A stretch of 64,000 nt of DNA from Myxococcota bacterium (GTDB lineage: Bacteria; Myxococcota_A; UBA796; GCA-2862545): the NCBI GenBank assembly GCA_039208735.1, contig JBCCQY010000005.1, forward strand, positions 32,001-96,000. Reading direction: 5' to 3'. A model generated the notes under the pieces. It ran no database searches, was not told the DNA's origin, and saw nothing but the letters and a program-made list of their open reading frames with translations. Positions within the stretch are counted from its first letter, which is position 1. The number at the start of each line of letters is the position of its first letter. Positions 19,245 to 28,959 of the stretch are shown here, piece by piece. The translations under genes were made by a program, and so were the position numbers.

Positions 19245-19715
19245 TCACCCATTGAACCACCAAATCCATGCGTTGAGGGTCCAAGCGAGGGTTACCCAGG
19301 CTAGGTACGGAGCGAGCAGCGCCGCGGCAAGGCCGCTACGGCTTCTAAAGGTCACGATCGTCGCTACGATCGCGGCCCAAAGGGCGGTGATGACGACCAG
19401 GGCAAGACCGGTCTGTTGCCACGCGAAAAAGATCGGCGACCATGCTGCATTGAACGCGAGTTGAAGTCCCCAGAAGCCGAGGGCAGACCCGGGGTTTTCC
19501 GTTCGTGCGATCAGCCATGCAGACACCGCCATCAGCGTGTAGAGCGTCGTCCAGATGGGGCCGAACGCCCAATTGGGAGGTGTCCAAGGCGGCTTGTCGA
19601 GCGTGGGGTACCACTCTCGGATCCCTTCGGCCGTGGACACGCCACCAATGGCCGCCACCGCGAAGCAAAGGACGAGCAGACCAACGAGGAGCGCGATGGA
19701 GCGGGCGCGAGGCAT
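19245..19715 (-). CDS. tspO: TspO/MBR tryptophan-rich sensory protein
   Basis: WY..L.KP.WTPPNW.FGPIWT.LY, LN..WS..FF, LL.PYLAW. Confidence 0.92.
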   Translation of the reverse strand: MPRARSIALLVGLLVLCFAVAAIGGVSTAEGIREWYPTLDKPPWTPPNWAFGPIWTTLYTLMAVSAWLIARTENPGSALGFWGLQLAFNAAWSPIFFAWQQTGLALVVITALWAAIVATIVTFRSRSGLAAALLAPYLAWVTLAWTLNAWIWWFNG

Positions 19716-19801
19716 GGCTTTCTCCGGGATGGGAGCGTAAGCGACCGCATAAGGTTTTCTGCGAGGGAAATTTGGGGAAATCGGAGGCGCGCGTAGCGCT
19801 G

Positions 19802-20860
19802 ATGCGGTCAAGCCGGATGTTTCGAGGCGATTTACGCCCCAGTCCGGCGGAACTATTGCGGGATGCCGCAGCGTGGTGCGAGGCCCATGACGTCACGTGG
19901 GATGCGTACGGCACAGGCAAGGCGCTGCAGGCGTTCGAGGCCCGTGTCGCCCAGCTGTTGGGGTACCCGGCCGCCCGCTTCATGCCGAGCGGCACCATGG
20001 CACAGACCGTGGCGTTGCGCATTTGGTGTGAACGAAAGGGAATTCGTACGTTTGGCATGCACCCGACGTCCCACGTGGAGCTGCATGAGGAGCGGGCCTA
20101 CGGTCACGTCCATCAGCTGCACGCGACGCTCGTGGGGCCCCAAGACCGCCCGCTGGTCGCCAAGCACTTGCGAGCGGTGACGGAGCCGCTCGGGGCGCTG
20201 TTGACCGAATTGCCCATTCGGGAGGCCGCAGGGCAGTTGCCGACGTGGGAGGAGCTGCAGGCCCTCAAGGACCTTGCGGCAGCGCGCAACCTTCCTTTAC
20301 ACCTCGATGGGGCTCGCCTTTGGTGCTGCGGAGTGGCTTACGAACGCCCCCTACACGAGATTACCGCAGGATTTTCGAGCTGCTACGTCTCGTTCTACAA
20401 GAGCGTCGGCGCGCTGCCCGGCGCCATGCTGTTGGGGCCTGAAGACTTCATTGCCGAGGCGCATTTGTGGCAGCGACGATTGGGCGGAAACTTGTACTCC
20501 TTCGCGCCAAATGTGGCGACTGCGGCCCTGCGGCTCGATGCGGCGCTGGCGTCGATGCCGGCTCGGCTTGCCGGCGCCAAGGCCATTGTGGCCGCGTTGG
20601 CGGATCTGCCTGGGTTGACCCCATTTCCCAGTCCGCCCCACACCCATCTGTTCCACATGCTGATCGACCGGTCGCCGGAGCAAGCCTACGAAGCCCGCGA
20701 TCGCGTCGCCGAGGAGCTTGGCATTTGGCTGTTTCGGGGCGTGTCACCGGGTCCTGTGCCGGGGACCTCCCGATTTGAGGTCTCCGTGGGGAGCGCCACC
20801 TTGAGCCTCGAGGTGGCCGAGATTCGTCAGGCCTTCGAGCGCTTCATGGCCTTTGGCTAA
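19802..20860 (+). CDS. Low-specificity L-threonine aldolase family PLP enzyme
   Basis: FMPSGTMAQ, H...HE, LHLDGARL, YVSFYK (PLP lysine); GGAGG upstream. Confidence 0.88.
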   Translation: MRSSRMFRGDLRPSPAELLRDAAAWCEAHDVTWDAYGTGKALQAFEARVAQLLGYPAARFMPSGTMAQTVALRIWCERKGIRTFGMHPTSHVELHEERAYGHVHQLHATLVGPQDRPLVAKHLRAVTEPLGALLTELPIREAAGQLPTWEELQALKDLAAARNLPLHLDGARLWCCGVAYERPLHEITAGFSSCYVSFYKSVGALPGAMLLGPEDFIAEAHLWQRRLGGNLYSFAPNVATAALRLDAALASMPARLAGAKAIVAALADLPGLTPFPSPPHTHLFHMLIDRSPEQAYEARDRVAEELGIWLFRGVSPGPVPGTSRFEVSVGSATLSLEVAEIRQAFERFMAFG

Positions 20861-20861
20861 A

Positions 20862-21551
20862 CTAAACCCCGATGAACAGCTTCTCGATGCACACATCTTG
20901 GGCGTTGCTCAGACGGCCCGTGGCCGCGGTCATGCCCCAGTAGACCGTGGACTGGCCACCGAACGTGCGCATGACCGCCTCCGCGGAGTACGCCGCTCGC
21001 AGCTTGTTGTCGAGGTAGACCTGAAGTTTTCCGCCGGGCTTCCACGTGATGCGAAGGGGATGCCGCTGGCCGTCTTCGAGGTTCCCGACTTCGACCGGAG
21101 GGGTGCCCGATCCGCCGCCGTGGAACGACTCGCCGTTCGACATCAGGGCCACGTGGTCCAGAAACGGGTCGTCCAGGTGGAAGTTCTGGTAGGTGTCGAG
21201 CTCGATTCCCACCGAAGGAACCAGGCCCGCAAACCCCATGCCCTCGCCTCGGAAACCGGTTTGCGGCGTGGGATGGAACACGAAGACGATGCCATCCGCT
21301 CCTTCGACGTCCTTTTTGCCGAGCACCACGTCCAGACGCATCTCAAACGACTGCTTGAGGTCGATGGCCTGATTGAACCAGGCCGAACCGCTCGTGTAGG
21401 GCTGGTCGGGGGTGAGGCGGATGCACTCCTGACTCAATACGCGTGCGCTTCCGCCAAGCTTGAAGTCTTGGATGCTGCTTTGCGCGTTGGCCAGCCCAGG
21501 GGTGAGCAGAGCGACTACCAAACCGGGGAACAGCCATCGGCGAGCGTGCAT
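20862..21551 (-). CDS. Secreted legume (L-type) lectin-domain protein
   Basis: IRLT, GSAW, GADG..F, S.GIELDT..N, VYWG.TAATG. Confidence 0.85.
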   Translation of the reverse strand: MHARRWLFPGLVVALLTPGLANAQSSIQDFKLGGSARVLSQECIRLTPDQPYTSGSAWFNQAIDLKQSFEMRLDVVLGKKDVEGADGIVFVFHPTPQTGFRGEGMGFAGLVPSVGIELDTYQNFHLDDPFLDHVALMSNGESFHGGGSGTPPVEVGNLEDGQRHPLRITWKPGGKLQVYLDNKLRAAYSAEAVMRTFGGQSTVYWGMTAATGRLSNAQDVCIEKLFIGV

Positions 21552-21696
21552 CGCAACTCCCTTGCGTCGGGTCCCAGACCCAATCTTGTCCCTACCATTC
21601 CCCGGTCCGGTCCGGGTCGTTCGACGAACCTACGCCTCCACACTCCCCAACTCCCGTGGACATGAGGATCGTCTTCGTCTGAGACATGCATCTCGA

Positions 21697-22872
21697 TCAC
21701 TCCGTGACGGAGACGTAGGGCTCGGTGTCTTGGTCGCCGACGTGCAGTCGGTTGCCAAACGCCGCTTCGAGTTCGCTCGTCGCGTCTTGCACGGCGTTGT
21801 CGTTGATGTCCAAGCGGACCAACTCAGGAAACGCCGATCGATGCTCGAGCAAGGTCCGGGCGCCTTCATCGGTCAGGGTGCCGAGCGACAAATCGAGGGT
21901 CCGCAGGCCCTTCGCAACGGGCTGCTTGACCAGCCAGTCGACAAACGCATCGGTGAACTCGCAGTTGCGAACGCCGAGATGCGACACCGTAAGATGAGCG
22001 AGCGCTTCGAGGTCTTCCAGCTCCACGTTCCCGCCGTACGCATCGCTGCTCGTCCACAGCTCGAGATGCTGCATCGGCTTGCCGCGGGCCAGGATTTGGC
22101 GGACGACGTTGCCCAGCACCACTGCGCTTTCGAGGGTGAACGATTCGACGTTATCGGGCAGATCGAGCGCATCGACGTTGCCTTGGACGGTGACCTGAGT
22201 GGCGTTCGGGAAACGCTCGCGAACCAAAGACCAGTCTCCCAACATGGACCAAGAAGCTTCACATTCGTCGGGATAGATAAAGTCCCCGATGCGGAGCGTT
22301 CGGACGGTGGGGTAGGTCCCGTCAAGCTTTACATCTTGAAGGTGGCTGCCGGCGAACGTGAGGTCGCGAAGCACCCAACACGAACGGTGATTGAGAAACG
22401 CCGAAATCGTTTCGGGTGGGGGGCCCGGTTGCCCGTTGTCGCCGACGCGAGGCCGAATCCACAGTCGCTCGACGAACCCGTAGCGCCACCCGATGACGAC
22501 GCCGCGGGTCTCGGGTTCCTTGCTGTGCCAGGTGTCGCCGGCGAGGCGTTTCAGCGGATGGGCGGGGCCAACGTCGACGTGACCTTCATCGCGGAGGGGC
22601 CCATAGAAGCGATGGGTATGCGCGACGAGCATCTCGACGGGTATCTTACCCTCACGCATGGCAAGGATGAAGTGCCCACGGGGATCGTCTTGCTCGAGCA
22701 GCCAATCTGCGAGAACCTGGTAGCATCCAGGGTCGTCTGGCTGGGCACGCAAAGCGGCAAACATCTCTGGATGGAAGGCGGATTCGGGCTCGGGCTCGAC
22801 CACGGCCGGGGCTTCTTCTGTGGGGGGGCCGCCTCCTCCGAACAACCGCTGGATCCATCGTGACCATGCCAT
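21697..22872 (-). CDS. TIGR02996-type repeat-companion domain plus LRR (STM4015-like) protein
   Basis: PDD...YQVLADWL.E..DPRG.FI; C-terminal LRTLDLS.GTLTDEGA and Y.SV.E. Confidence 0.75.
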   Translation of the reverse strand: MAWSRWIQRLFGGGGPPTEEAPAVVEPEPESAFHPEMFAALRAQPDDPGCYQVLADWLLEQDDPRGHFILAMREGKIPVEMLVAHTHRFYGPLRDEGHVDVGPAHPLKRLAGDTWHSKEPETRGVVIGWRYGFVERLWIRPRVGDNGQPGPPPETISAFLNHRSCWVLRDLTFAGSHLQDVKLDGTYPTVRTLRIGDFIYPDECEASWSMLGDWSLVRERFPNATQVTVQGNVDALDLPDNVESFTLESAVVLGNVVRQILARGKPMQHLELWTSSDAYGGNVELEDLEALAHLTVSHLGVRNCEFTDAFVDWLVKQPVAKGLRTLDLSLGTLTDEGARTLLEHRSAFPELVRLDINDNAVQDATSELEAAFGNRLHVGDQDTEPYVSVTE

Positions 22873-22954
22873 CGCTTCGCCTCCGCGCCCTCCCGTAGCG
22901 CATCGAGACCGGTTGGCGAGGTTGGGGCTGTACTCCGCGGCTCGGGAGCCGTCA

Positions 22955-25114
22955 TCAACGAGAGTCCCAGGTGGCGATGAGGTTGCCGCGATGGGCCTCG
23001 ACGAGGAAGCGCAGGAGCGAGACCCGATCGTGACGACGGTCGCGGTCGTCCAGAGCGTCCCAGTGCACCATGCTCTCCCGCAACCGGCGCACGTCGTCCC
23101 GAAGTCCGAAGCGCCAGCCCTTGAGTAAGCGTTCGCCCATCCAGCGATTGTGCTCCATCTTCGCAGGCAGATCGGGATCGTGGCCTCGATCCTTCAGCTC
23201 CCCTTGGATGCGTTGAATGGCCGCATCGAGGATGTCGAACACGACCGTGTCACCGTCCAAAGATACGGACTCCTCGGCAACATGGCCGTGCAGCACGAGG
23301 CGTTCCCGAACGTCCGGGTCGAGGCCCGTGAGCATCTGCCGCGTGACGCCCTTCGGATGCCGGCGGACAAGCTTCGCCACCGCGGTGTCGACGGTGCGCG
23401 TAAACAAGGGTTCGAGGACCGGTGTGGCGCCCTTGGGGGCCGGTTCGGACTTGGGCCGCAAGGTGATGCCGACCGCGGCACATTTCACGGCCGCGTGCAG
23501 CGCAGCATCAAGGTTGGACGTCGAAAAATCGAGGTGGTCATGGGCCGCGCGAAGGGGGGACAGCAACCGGTAGAGGGCCTGTGAACGGGTGGCGTGCTGC
23601 TGCTCAGCCGTCTCGGCAACGTGCTGGTAGGACGCAACCTCGTCGCGAATCCCAAACACCCGTACGGGAAAGTCCTGGTCACGCGTTTGGTGTTGGGGCG
23701 TCAGCCACGATGCCGCATCGGTCTGCTGGAGTACGGCGGCGAGGCCGCGTTCGGGCAGATGTACATAGACAGGAACCGGGCCCGGCTGCTCCGCTGCCGG
23801 TCGCTCGGCTCGCGCCGCAGCCAGCGCATGTTGGATGCGTAATGCCGCTTCGAAGCTGGCCCGATCCTCTTCCAAACACACCACGACGGCCATGCGCACC
23901 GGCGTCACATCATCGAGCGGTGCCGCACGTTCCAAAATCTTGTCGGAGAGCGACTGGGCGGCGAGGTCCCCCGGAAGCTGGAGAACCTCGGCGTGCACGG
24001 CGTACTCGACGGCTTGGTCGGCGTCGACTTGCTGACGCGGAGCCTCGGGACGACCTACGTAATTGTCCCACACGTCGCTACCCGTCGATCGGAGCTCGGG
24101 GCTGCCCAGATCGAGCCGGGAGGGGGAATAGGCGGGGTATTGTTCCAAGAAGGCCTTGAACGCCGATTCATCGTCGTCGATGACCGTGAGCCGGGGGCGA
24201 CACAGCGACGCAAAGTGGGCGAACCGGGCAAGGTGGCGGGCCACCGTGCGACCCATGAAGCCAAATCCCACCACCACGAGGTGGAACGGTTGTTGGCCCA
24301 ACGGCCGAAGCGCCTCGTCGGCCACAAGCCCGCGGTCGCCGAAGAACAGGTCTCGCGCCGCGAGTTCTTGGTAGGAAAACGGCACCAAGCGTACGTGCTT
24401 GGATTCGTACGACCAGATCTGCTGCCATCCGAGCGTTTCCGCGAACTTCGGATCGGTGATGTGGACGTAGCAGCGCAGGGCATCCCCACGGCGTCGCCAC
24501 TTCTGGGAGGCCTCGAGTAGGTTGCCCGCGAGTTCGACGTTCAGGGCATCGTCACCGGTGGCCACGAAGACTTCGCGGGCGCGGGCGAGGGGCACGCGGT
24601 CGCGCGTGCGAGGGTCGGTGGCATCGCCGATGACCATGAGGATGCCCATGCGCCGGGCTTCCGCGACCAAGGGGCTTTGCTCGTCGGTGGCAATCGCAAA
24701 GACGGGACGTCCCGCCGAGCGCAGGGTGGAGGAGATCGGAGCGCCGATCCAGCCGAGTCCAAGCAAGATGGCGGGGGGGCGCCCGCGGAGTTCCATCATG
24801 GCGCGCATGAGCGTGATGCGCAGGAGTCCTTCGAGTTCGACGGCCACCGCAAGTCCCGTCGATACGGAGAACGCGGCCGCCCCCATGCGAGCCCATGCCC
24901 AGAGGAAGTAGGGGTCCGCCAGGCCATCGGGTTGCTCGAACGCAAGCACGGCTACCGAATAGAAGGCCAGCCGAGCGAAACCTTCAACGGTAAGGGACAT
25001 GCCGAACGAAGGCGTATGCCAAAGCGCGTATGCGGCGATCGCCACCGTGGCGACGGCGCTAAACACGGCGAATAGCAGAGGAAGCTGGGTTCTACGGGTG
25101 TCGTAGGGTTTCAT
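22955..25114 (-). CDS. Membrane-anchored TrkA-N (NAD-binding) protein with C-terminal RyR domain
   Basis: N-terminal TM helices; LLGLG.IG, GDAT, VVGFG.MG Rossmann motifs; AKMEHNRWM.ERL..GWRFG...R.....VHWD.L RyR motif. Confidence 0.78.
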   Translation of the reverse strand: MKPYDTRRTQLPLLFAVFSAVATVAIAAYALWHTPSFGMSLTVEGFARLAFYSVAVLAFEQPDGLADPYFLWAWARMGAAAFSVSTGLAVAVELEGLLRITLMRAMMELRGRPPAILLGLGWIGAPISSTLRSAGRPVFAIATDEQSPLVAEARRMGILMVIGDATDPRTRDRVPLARAREVFVATGDDALNVELAGNLLEASQKWRRRGDALRCYVHITDPKFAETLGWQQIWSYESKHVRLVPFSYQELAARDLFFGDRGLVADEALRPLGQQPFHLVVVGFGFMGRTVARHLARFAHFASLCRPRLTVIDDDESAFKAFLEQYPAYSPSRLDLGSPELRSTGSDVWDNYVGRPEAPRQQVDADQAVEYAVHAEVLQLPGDLAAQSLSDKILERAAPLDDVTPVRMAVVVCLEEDRASFEAALRIQHALAAARAERPAAEQPGPVPVYVHLPERGLAAVLQQTDAASWLTPQHQTRDQDFPVRVFGIRDEVASYQHVAETAEQQHATRSQALYRLLSPLRAAHDHLDFSTSNLDAALHAAVKCAAVGITLRPKSEPAPKGATPVLEPLFTRTVDTAVAKLVRRHPKGVTRQMLTGLDPDVRERLVLHGHVAEESVSLDGDTVVFDILDAAIQRIQGELKDRGHDPDLPAKMEHNRWMGERLLKGWRFGLRDDVRRLRESMVHWDALDDRDRRHDRVSLLRFLVEAHRGNLIATWDSR

Positions 25115-25170
25115 GGCGGCCTCGCGAGCGGGGCCCGACTATCGCACGGGTCTGGTGCCCTCACCTCAGG

Positions 25171-27822
25171 ATGAACATGGAGCCGACCAACACCTTCTTC
25201 GTGGCCCACGCGTTGCTGGACGAGGCTTGGGCCAACGCACTCGGTGATGCCCTAGAACCCGAATCCTGCACCTTCGATACTCCCGGTGAAAGCCTGGTTC
25301 AGGTGCTGCTGCTCTCCCGGCAGGTGCCGGGGTCGTTCTATGTGCAACCGGTCATTGCCCGAGCCGTGGCGGCGCTGCGGAAGGGCAGTCGTCACGCCGT
25401 GCCAGTCTGGATCGACGGCCTCCCGAAACAGCCGGATGAGGCCCCCTACGGCCTGTCCACCCTCCATGCGTTGGACGGCGACGCGTTGGGCCCCAACGGC
25501 GTTGCGTCGCGATTGCGTGAACACGTGACGATCTTGCGGCAAGAGGGCCAGGGGCATCGCCCGAGTGCGATCGACTTGTCCGTCGTGGATGGGCCATGGA
25601 GCGCGCGGCTGGGGTTGGCGCGCGGCTTGACCTTCGAGACGCTCGAAGCCACCGCGCGGAGCCTGCAGGCCCCGGTGAGCCACTTCCGTTCCGAGCGCGG
25701 CGCCTTCGCACTGGATTTGGTGCTGTGGGCGATGCACGACGGGGCCGTGCCGGCCGATGACCTCGAAGCGGCCTTGCGCGATGCGCTTGAGTCCGAGCTG
25801 CGAGACTCGCGGGTTGCGCTGTCGGTGGGGTTTGCGGTGGCCCTCGACAAGCTCGATGCGCATGCGCGGGAGCAGGTGCTGCATGCGCTGCCCTCCATCG
25901 TGCGGCGCTTCCCGAGCCTTCGCGAGCAGAACCTTGGCGATCCGCAGGGATTCTTGTGCCTCGAAGTGAACCACGGGGCCCACGGCGTGGTCGCCATCCG
26001 CCACGAACAGCAGCTTCACCTTGCGCACGTCGAGGAGTACACCGCAGCCCTGGCCTGGGCGCGGACTCACCGGGTAGCGGCGGGGGCGGTGCTCGCGATC
26101 GATGAGGATGCGCCGGTGCCGGTTGGCGGGCCGGATGCGGCGGACCTCGAGGAGATCGAGCCGCCGGGACCGCTTGCCCACTTCAGCCGCAGCAAGTTCG
26201 TCCGGCTCGGGCTGCCCGACCCATGGGCGCGGGAGATGGGCGCCCTCGATGAGGACCAGATCCATGCCCTGAGCAGCGTGTTGCGGCCCCACGTTCACGA
26301 TGCGCTTTACGGGCTGGCGACGGGTGAGCCCTACGAGACCGTGATTCAGCGATTCGACGAGGCGTCGTCAGAACATTCCCCGGCCCAGGCATGGCCTGGC
26401 ACGCCGGCATCCGAGATCCGGCGGGCCATGCAGCGCGGGGATTGGTCGGTCTACTTGCATCCCTCGCAGGTTCGTCTCATTCGGCGCGACGCGCGGGGGG
26501 CCATGAAGATCACTGGCGGACCGGGCACCGGCAAGACGGTGGTGGCGGTCCATCGAGCCCGCTTTTTGGCGGAGGGGCCATTCGCGGCGACCCGGGCGCC
26601 GATCCTGCTTACTACCCCGGTGAGCCACCTGGCTGGGCCCCTACAGCAGATGGTCGACCGGGCTTGCGCAGATCGGCCCGAAGTCGCTTCCCGCATCGTG
26701 GTTCGGTCGGTGCAGGGGTTGGCTCAGGCCATCGTGGCCAAACATCCCCAGCCGAGGCGCTTGGCCGATGCCGCAACCCTCGGCGAACTCTGGGCGCAGG
26801 CCATGGGGCCCTCCGACCTGCCTTGGAGCAAGGACGAGCTGGCTCAGGAGCGCATCGACGTCCTCGATCGCAACGATGCGTGGACGTGGGAGGCCTACCG
26901 CGATGCCCGTCGAGAAGGTCGCCGGCGTCGCTTGGGCGCCCGGCAACGCGAAGCGGTGTGGCGCGTGCTCGAGGCGTTCGAGGGGGCCATGGCGGAGCGA
27001 GGGGTCGCCGATCCGGTCACGATGGCGCGGTTGGCACTGGGCCACCTTCGGACCGATCCGTCGGTGGTGCGGTTTGCCGCCATCGTGTGTGACGAAGTGC
27101 AGGATGCATCCAGCGCGGAGCTGCGCTTGCTCGCAGCGTTGGCGAGCGATCCGGCTCACCCCACCATTCGCGCCAATGGCCTCACCCTATGCGGCGACGG
27201 ATTTCAGCGGTTGTTTGCCAGTCCGGTGGTGCTTTCGCGGTGTGGCATCGAAGTGCGCGGACGCAGTCATCGCCTGCAGGTCAGCTACCGCACGACCGAA
27301 GGCATTCGCCGGGCGGCGGTGGCCCAGGTGGCCCAGATTCCACCCGATCCGTTCGATCGTGTCTCGGACGACGATGACACGCCTCTCGAAGGGTTCCGGA
27401 GCTTGCTCGCGGGACGTCCGCCGCAGCGGCGCTGGTTCCGTACTGACGCCGAGGAACTCGGGTTCATTCGGGATCGTTGGTTGGACGGCGAAGGCGGCCT
27501 TTTGGTGTTGACGCGGACCGAGGCGGATCGAGACCGGTTGGTCGAAGGACTGCGGGGCCTCGAAGACGGGACCGAACCGGTGATGCTCGATGCAAGGACC
27601 GCCAAAGAGCCCGACCCTCGCGGGCTTACCGTGTGCACGATCGCCCGTGCCAAAGGCCTTGAGGCGCCCCGGGTGGTGATCGCGGCCGCTCAACATCTCG
27701 CCGCGTTCACCGACGGGCCCGACTACGCCTCCGCCTACGAGTGTCGTCTTGCCTACACTGCGATGACGCGCGGCCGGGACTGGTTGGCCGTCACTGGAGT
27801 GCGAACCGAATCGAACCGGTGA
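25171..27822 (+). CDS. UvrD-like superfamily-1 helicase with N-terminal degenerate TIR-like, EAD-like and RelE-like regions
   Basis: YLHPSQ, GGPGTGKT, DEVQD, GD..Q, SYRTT, AKGLE, YTAMTR; N-terminal FFVAHA..D..WA..L ...PVW.DG...PYGL. Confidence 0.8.
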   Translation: MNMEPTNTFFVAHALLDEAWANALGDALEPESCTFDTPGESLVQVLLLSRQVPGSFYVQPVIARAVAALRKGSRHAVPVWIDGLPKQPDEAPYGLSTLHALDGDALGPNGVASRLREHVTILRQEGQGHRPSAIDLSVVDGPWSARLGLARGLTFETLEATARSLQAPVSHFRSERGAFALDLVLWAMHDGAVPADDLEAALRDALESELRDSRVALSVGFAVALDKLDAHAREQVLHALPSIVRRFPSLREQNLGDPQGFLCLEVNHGAHGVVAIRHEQQLHLAHVEEYTAALAWARTHRVAAGAVLAIDEDAPVPVGGPDAADLEEIEPPGPLAHFSRSKFVRLGLPDPWAREMGALDEDQIHALSSVLRPHVHDALYGLATGEPYETVIQRFDEASSEHSPAQAWPGTPASEIRRAMQRGDWSVYLHPSQVRLIRRDARGAMKITGGPGTGKTVVAVHRARFLAEGPFAATRAPILLTTPVSHLAGPLQQMVDRACADRPEVASRIVVRSVQGLAQAIVAKHPQPRRLADAATLGELWAQAMGPSDLPWSKDELAQERIDVLDRNDAWTWEAYRDARREGRRRRLGARQREAVWRVLEAFEGAMAERGVADPVTMARLALGHLRTDPSVVRFAAIVCDEVQDASSAELRLLAALASDPAHPTIRANGLTLCGDGFQRLFASPVVLSRCGIEVRGRSHRLQVSYRTTEGIRRAAVAQVAQIPPDPFDRVSDDDDTPLEGFRSLLAGRPPQRRWFRTDAEELGFIRDRWLDGEGGLLVLTRTEADRDRLVEGLRGLEDGTEPVMLDARTAKEPDPRGLTVCTIARAKGLEAPRVVIAAAQHLAAFTDGPDYASAYECRLAYTAMTRGRDWLAVTGVRTESNR

Positions 27823-27838
27823 AGGTCGAACGACTTTC

Positions 27839-28444
27839 GTGGCATACTCGCGACCCATGGACCAGTGGGCCCCCTCGCATTCCCCTCCGCCCCGCGTCAT
27901 GCTGATCGTGGGTGCGTTGGCGTCGTTGTTGGGGGCGCTGTCGATGATGGGTCCACCGACGGTGGCGGAGTCGTCGGCGCGGAGTTCGACGACCCTGTTT
28001 GGCGCCGCGTTCGTCGCGCAGCCGCGAGCCCTTGGTTCAATCCGTTCCGTCGAGGCGCCCGACGACCCCGAGCCCTCGGATGGGATCGACACCGGCGCAC
28101 CGCCGATTCGGTTCGACCCGACGCCGCCCGATGTCGTGCTTGTGGCCACCTCGGTGAGTCCGAATCCCAGGCTCCATACGGTGGCCCTTCGCCGACGCGA
28201 TGCGGCGGTCTCCAAGTTCCTCAACCTTGGCGATCGGGTGGATGGCTACGTCGTCAAGGTCATCGACCGCCGCGAAGTGACGTTGGAAGCACCCGATGGC
28301 ACAGGGTGGATCTACAGCTTGTCGTTCTACCCCGACGATGTACCCGAGCCCCGAAGAGTGGGAGAGCCCGAACCGCCTCCTCGCGAACGGGGGGTCTCCG
28401 AAGAGGCAGAGCCGTCTGCCGAAACCGGCGACACCGGGCTTTGA
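27839..28444 (+). CDS. Hypothetical exported protein (GspC/PilP-like beta domain)
   Basis: Hydrophobic N-terminus; GD.VDGY.V..I....V.L motif; start uncertain. Confidence 0.5.
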   Translation: MAYSRPMDQWAPSHSPPPRVMLIVGALASLLGALSMMGPPTVAESSARSSTTLFGAAFVAQPRALGSIRSVEAPDDPEPSDGIDTGAPPIRFDPTPPDVVLVATSVSPNPRLHTVALRRRDAAVSKFLNLGDRVDGYVVKVIDRREVTLEAPDGTGWIYSLSFYPDDVPEPRRVGEPEPPPRERGVSEEAEPSAETGDTGL

Positions 28445-28481
28445 GCCTCAGGTGCGTGAAATCACCTGACGGCGCATGACC

Positions 28482-28916
28482 TTACATCGTGGCTTGCCAC
28501 GCCCGCAGCTGCGGCAGCATCGGCCACAGGTTGATGGCGAGGGCCATGAAAAACAGGGGCAGGTGGAACGGCAGCAGCGTCACCGAAAAGAACGTCATCA
28601 GCCAAGGCGAGACATCGCCTGTGTAGGGCTGGATGTTCATGGTGTAGCGCTCATCGGTCTGCCCCTTGCGTACCGCGTCATAGAGCTTGCGAAACAAACG
28701 CTCCTGACGCAGGTAGTAGGCGTCGAGACCCCAGAACAACAACGTGATGAGCAGGGTCAGCCAGCCAAGGAAGGGCTGAGCGTCAGCCTGAATGCTGGAA
28801 GCGCCGGCGATGAGCGCGGACAAAATTGCGATCGACCAACTCTTTAGGCTGAACGAGTTGTTGGCGAGCCGACCGACCACACTCTGGATGAGTTCCAGAT
28901 GTTTATCGAGGGACAT
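28482..28916 (-). CDS. Small multi-pass membrane protein of a family I recall adjacent to TIR (DUF1863-type) genes
   Basis: KHLELIQ.V..R.A.NSF..K.W and FW.LDAYYL.QER.FR.LY..V motifs. Confidence 0.7.
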   Translation of the reverse strand: MSLDKHLELIQSVVGRLANNSFSLKSWSIAILSALIAGASSIQADAQPFLGWLTLLITLLFWGLDAYYLRQERLFRKLYDAVRKGQTDERYTMNIQPYTGDVSPWLMTFFSVTLLPFHLPLFFMALAINLWPMLPQLRAWQATM

Positions 28917-28959
28917 GGGGCGTCCGGAGGGAGAAGGAGGGACGCCCTGCGTAACGCGA

